DNA of 64,000 nt, taken from assembly GCA_963664435.2 (NCBI GenBank), contig CAXXKM010000003.1:160001-224000 (forward strand), in the 5' to 3' direction. A program made the translations under genes and the position numbers. Shown here in pieces: positions 60,598-64,000 of this stretch. The notes beneath the pieces are model-generated. The model made no database searches, had not been told where the DNA came from, and saw only the letters and a program-made list of their open reading frames with translations. The first letter of the stretch is position 1; each line of letters begins with the position of its first letter. Source of the DNA: Longimicrobiales bacterium. GTDB lineage: Bacteria; Gemmatimonadota; Gemmatimonadetes; Longimicrobiales; Gaopeijiaceae.

Positions 60598-61461
60598 TCA
60601 GCCTGCGGGGCGCGTCTGTTCCGTCTCCGATCGGCGTCGCGCAACGGTTGAATGTACGATACGGTACGAGCGGTTGCGAGACACCCCGCACCGGGCGACC
60701 AGCTCCCGTACGGCCTCGCTCGGCCGCGCGCCCCCGGCCAGGAGTTCAACGGCCAGTTCGCGGGCGGCGGATTCGTCGGGTTCGTCCCCCGGAGAACGGT
60801 CCAGCACCAGCGTCACTTCCCCCCGGGGCGCGCGCTCTGCGAAATGGGCGCGGGCCTCGGCGAGGGTTCCTCGCACGAACTCCTCGTGCAATTTGGTCAT
60901 TTCGCGCGCCACCGCCACCCGGCGGTCGGGGCCGCACGCGTGCTCCAGGTCGATCAGGAGGCGGCAAAGCCGACCCGGGGCCTCGAAGAGCACGGTGGTT
61001 TCCCGCGAGTGAGCCACCCGCCGCACCAGAGCGCGCCGTTCCCGACCCTTGCGGGGCGCGAATCCGAGGAAGGCGAAACGGTTCGCCGGAAGCCCCGATC
61101 CCACCAGCGCGGCCAGGATCGCGGACGCCCCCGGCACCGGAACCACGTCGTGCCCGGCCTCCAGCGCGGCGTCCACGACGCGCGCGCCCGGATCCGAAAC
61201 CAGCGGGGTTCCGGCATCGCTCACCACGGCTGCATCCCGTCCCGACTCCAGGCACTGGAGCACGCTTCCCGCGCGCGCCGCTTCGTTGTGCCGATGCAGG
61301 GAGGTGAGCGGCGTCTCTACGCCGAGGTGCCGCAAGAGCTTCCCCGTCCTGCGCGTGTCTTCCGCGAAAATGCGCTCTACCTCCCCGAGCACATGGGCCG
61401 CACGCGCGGAGAGGTCGGAGAGGTTTCCGATGGGGGTGCTGACGAGGTAGAGGGTCGCCAC
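60598..61461 (-). CDS. rsmI: 16S rRNA (cytidine1402-2'-O)-methyltransferase
   Basis: LYLVSTPIGNL, AEDTR, SDAGTP, REMTKLHEE. Confidence 0.96.
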   Translation of the reverse strand: MATLYLVSTPIGNLSDLSARAAHVLGEVERIFAEDTRRTGKLLRHLGVETPLTSLHRHNEAARAGSVLQCLESGRDAAVVSDAGTPLVSDPGARVVDAALEAGHDVVPVPGASAILAALVGSGLPANRFAFLGFAPRKGRERRALVRRVAHSRETTVLFEAPGRLCRLLIDLEHACGPDRRVAVAREMTKLHEEFVRGTLAEARAHFAERAPRGEVTLVLDRSPGDEPDESAARELAVELLAGGARPSEAVRELVARCGVSRNRSYRIVHSTVARRRSETEQTRPAG

Positions 61462-61479
61462 CCCGCACGCGCCGCCGAA

Positions 61480-61809
61480 CTACAGGTGCGCCTCGATCTT
61501 CTCCTCGAGGTGAGCCCTCGGGACGGCACCGATCACGGTGTCGACGTGCCGGCCGTCCTTGAAGAAGAGAATGCTCGGGATCGAGCGGACCCCGAAGCGG
61601 GCGGAGGTGGCCGGGTTGGTATCCACGTCCACCTTCCCCACCGTCACCCCCCGTTCACCATATTCGTCTGCGAGCTGGTCGACGATGGGCGAGACGATGC
61701 GGCAGGGCCCGCACCAGGTCGCCCAGAAGTCCACCATCGCCAGTCCCTGACTGCTCTCTATGTCGTTTGCGAAGCTCTCGTCCGTAACCGTCAGAACTCG
61801 ATCGCTCAT
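61480..61809 (-). CDS. trxA: Thioredoxin
   Basis: DFWATWCGPC, GVRSIP; AGGAG SD; ATG at 61809. Confidence 0.96.
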   Translation of the reverse strand: MSDRVLTVTDESFANDIESSQGLAMVDFWATWCGPCRIVSPIVDQLADEYGERGVTVGKVDVDTNPATSARFGVRSIPSILFFKDGRHVDTVIGAVPRAHLEEKIEAHL

Positions 61810-61902
61810 CCTGGCTGATCTCCTTGATCCCGGTCCCGGGTTGTTCGTACGATGGAAGCGGAAGTGCTGCATCGCCCTTCCCTGCTCCCCTGGTTTCCCC
61901 AA

Positions 61903-61910
61903 AGTATAAC
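61903..61910. promoter_or_regulatory. Overlapping divergent -10-like hexamers (TATACT on -, TATAAC on +) between trxA and mce
   Basis: aaAGTATAACcg in the divergent intergenic region. Confidence 0.45.
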
Positions 61911-61926
61911 CGAATCCCGGCCGGTC

Positions 61927-62382
61927 ATGGAATCCGACCCCGCGGAGAGGCTCGTGGATCCCTCACCGAACCCGCTGCGCTACCCGGTGGACCACGTGGG
62001 CATCGCCGTCCACTCGATCGAGGAGGCGGCGGCGCTGTTCGAGAACCTGACGGGCGAGCGGGCCTCTCCTCGCCAATCCCTGCCCGACCATGGCATCGAC
62101 GTGTGCTTCATCGGCGCCGTGGAATTGCTCGAACCCCACGACCGGGGCGGCGCCGTCGCGAGGTTCCTCGAAGCCGGCGGCTCGAACCTTCATCACGTGG
62201 CGTTTCGGGTCGAGGACGTGCGCGTCGAGCTCGACCGTCTGACCGCGGCGGGATTCCGGCCCATCGACCGGGTTCCGAGGCCCGGCGCACACGGTGGACT
62301 GGTCGCGTTCCTCCACCCGAAGGGGACGGGCGGGGCGCTGGTGGAACTGGTCGAGCGCGCGCGGCCTCTCAACGCCCCGTGA
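61927..62382 (+). CDS. mce: Methylmalonyl-CoA epimerase (VOC family)
   Basis: DHVGIAV, VELLEP, LHHVAFRV, PRPGAHG, FLHPKGTGGALVELVE. Confidence 0.88.
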   Translation: MESDPAERLVDPSPNPLRYPVDHVGIAVHSIEEAAALFENLTGERASPRQSLPDHGIDVCFIGAVELLEPHDRGGAVARFLEAGGSNLHHVAFRVEDVRVELDRLTAAGFRPIDRVPRPGAHGGLVAFLHPKGTGGALVELVERARPLNAP

Positions 62383-62884
62383 TCTTCTCCAGCTCGACGG
62401 ACTCCACCAGCCACCCCGACGAAGTTCGGATCACAAGCAGCCCGACATCGCGATGGATCCGTTCTCCGCGCCGCACCGCCACGGAGATCCGGGTGACGGG
62501 CCGATCCCGCCCGGGGACCTGCTCCGCGGAGGTCACTTCGTAGCCGTCGTGTCGCAGCACCGCCGCGATGGCGTGCATGCGCACCTCGACTTCCTGCCGG
62601 GTCGGGCAGCGGTCGGCGGCCCCCAGCCAGGACGCAACCCTGCGGAGTCCGCAGCCCAGCCCCCCGCCGGCATCGGCGATGGCGCCCCGGTGGGTTCCGA
62701 AGGCGTGCGCGAGCGCGTCGAGGTCCTGTCGGTTGGCCGCGTCCAGAAACCCTTCCGCGGCGCGCAGGGGACCGGGATCTTCCGCAGACGGCGGGAGCGG
62801 CGAACGGGTCGCGCACCCCGTGGCGAGCAAACCGGCCGCACAGCAGGCCAGGACTCCGCCGGCGCGCCGGATTCCCCCGCTCAT
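62369..62884 (-). CDS. Hypothetical lipoprotein
   Basis: Lipobox LATG-C; ATGA overlap with the clpB stop. Confidence 0.7.
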   Translation of the reverse strand: MSGGIRRAGGVLACCAAGLLATGCATRSPLPPSAEDPGPLRAAEGFLDAANRQDLDALAHAFGTHRGAIADAGGGLGCGLRRVASWLGAADRCPTRQEVEVRMHAIAAVLRHDGYEVTSAEQVPGRDRPVTRISVAVRRGERIHRDVGLLVIRTSSGWLVESVELEKITGR

Positions 62885-63999
62885 GCCCGCTCGAGGGCCA
62901 CGACACCCGTGCCGACCGCGGGAACGACGCGAATGGTCGCGGACTTCCCGGCATCTTCCTCGAGCAGCGACATGGCAAGTGGATCCTGGATGAGACGCTG
63001 AATCACGCGCCGCAACGGACGCGCGCCGAACGCGGGCTCGTAGCCCTCCTTCGCGAGCAGCTCCCGGGCTTCGGGCGACACCTCGAGCGTGATGCCCAGT
63101 GCGCCGGCCAGCGTTTCCACCCGGGCGAGCTGCAGATCAACGATCGCGCGGATCGAGGCGCGGTCCAATGGGCGAAAGAGAACAATATCGTCCACCCTGT
63201 TCAGAAACTCGGGACGGAAGTGTCGCCGCATCTCCTGCGTGACCGTTGCCTCCACCTCTTCCCAGGGATCGGTTCCGGCGTGCCTCAGGATGTAGTGGCT
63301 GCCGAGGTTGGAGGTCATGATGATTACCGCGTTGCGGAAGTCGACGGTGCGCCCCTGGGAGTCGGTCAGGCGGCCGTCGTCGAGAATCTGCAGCAGGACG
63401 TTGAAGATGTCGGAGTGCGCCTTCTCGATTTCGTCGAACAGAATGATCGCGTGTGGACGCCGGCGCACCGCTTCGGTCAACTGGCCGCCTTCGTCGTAGC
63501 CCACGTAGCCGGGAGGCGCGCCCAGGAGCCGTGACACGGCGTGCTTCTCCATGTACTCCGACATGTCGAGACGCACCATCGCCCGCTCGTCGTCGAAGAG
63601 GAATTCGGCCAGCGCGCGCGCGGTTTCGGTCTTCCCCACCCCGGTCGGACCCAGGAAGATGAACGAGCCCACCGGCCGGTCGGGATCCTGGAGGCCGGCC
63701 CGTGAACGGCGTACCGCATTCGAGACGGCGGCAAGCGCCTCATCCTGTCCGATCACGCGCCCGCGCAGCAGCGTCTCGAGCCTGACCAGCCGGTCCCGCT
63801 CCGACTCCACCAGGCTCGCCACCGGAATCCCCGTCCACTCGGCCACCACCTCGGCGATGTCGTCGGCGTCCACCTCCTCCCGCAGCCAGGTTCCGCCCGC
63901 CTGCAGCTCCGCAAGCCGCTCCTCCGCCCGCCTGAGCGAGGTGCTGAGCGCCGGCAACTCGCCATAGTCGATCTCGGCCGCCCGCTGCAGGTTTCCGGT
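62881..63999 (-). CDS. clpB: Chaperone ClpB, C-terminal part (5'-truncated by window edge)
   Basis: M-domain end [41 protein letters not shown]. Confidence 0.96.
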   Translation of the reverse strand, partial: TGNLQRAAEIDYGELPALSTSLRRAEERLAELQAGGTWLREEVDADDIAEVVAEWTGIPVASLVESERDRLVRLETLLRGRVIGQDEALAAVSNAVRRSRAGLQDPDRPVGSFIFLGPTGVGKTETARALAEFLFDDERAMVRLDMSEYMEKHAVSRLLGAPPGYVGYDEGGQLTEAVRRRPHAIILFDEIEKAHSDIFNVLLQILDDGRLTDSQGRTVDFRNAVIIMTSNLGSHYILRHAGTDPWEEVEATVTQEMRRHFRPEFLNRVDDIVLFRPLDRASIRAIVDLQLARVETLAGALGITLEVSPEARELLAKEGYEPAFGARPLRRVIQRLIQDPLAMSLLEEDAGKSATIRVVPAVGTGVVALERA

Positions 64000-64000
64000 C

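Overview
A GC-rich bacterial chromosomal segment; gene content and order suggest Gemmatimonadota or a related FCB-group lineage (inference). It is mostly a minus-strand run of housekeeping genes. In transcription order: clpB (partial), a lipoprotein, trxA, rsmI, a four-gene uncharacterised envelope cluster (DUF4159, DUF4175, TPR, 'AsnB-like'), a JAB-DinG helicase fusion, FAA hydrolase, valS, an Ig-like lipoprotein, selA, iscA, MBL hydrolase, purN, purH, the complete nuoA-N operon, PMM/PGM, UPF0182, sucC, sucD, ndk, yceD, rpmF, plsX, fabH, fabD, fabG, acpP, fabF, ispF, dedA, xerD, nadE and trpG/pabA. Plus-strand genes are a partial BNR/Vps10-type protein, a zinc-ribbon membrane protein, ctpA and mce. 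One accessory islet of about 3.5 kb lies between nuoA and purH. It holds a sigma54-type promoter, short repeats, a truncated transposase and a frameshifted TonB-dependent receptor. The most notable signal is a very high density of Bacteroidota-type D(S/T)x O-glycosylation sequons in exported proteins, including a 39-bp tandem repeat array. Other signals are the unexplained envelope operon, probable non-canonical ATA/CTG coupled starts, and a near-leaderless yceD-fab transcript. I saw no rRNA, tRNA or CRISPR array. All counts are by hand, and family names come from motif recognition, not database searches.
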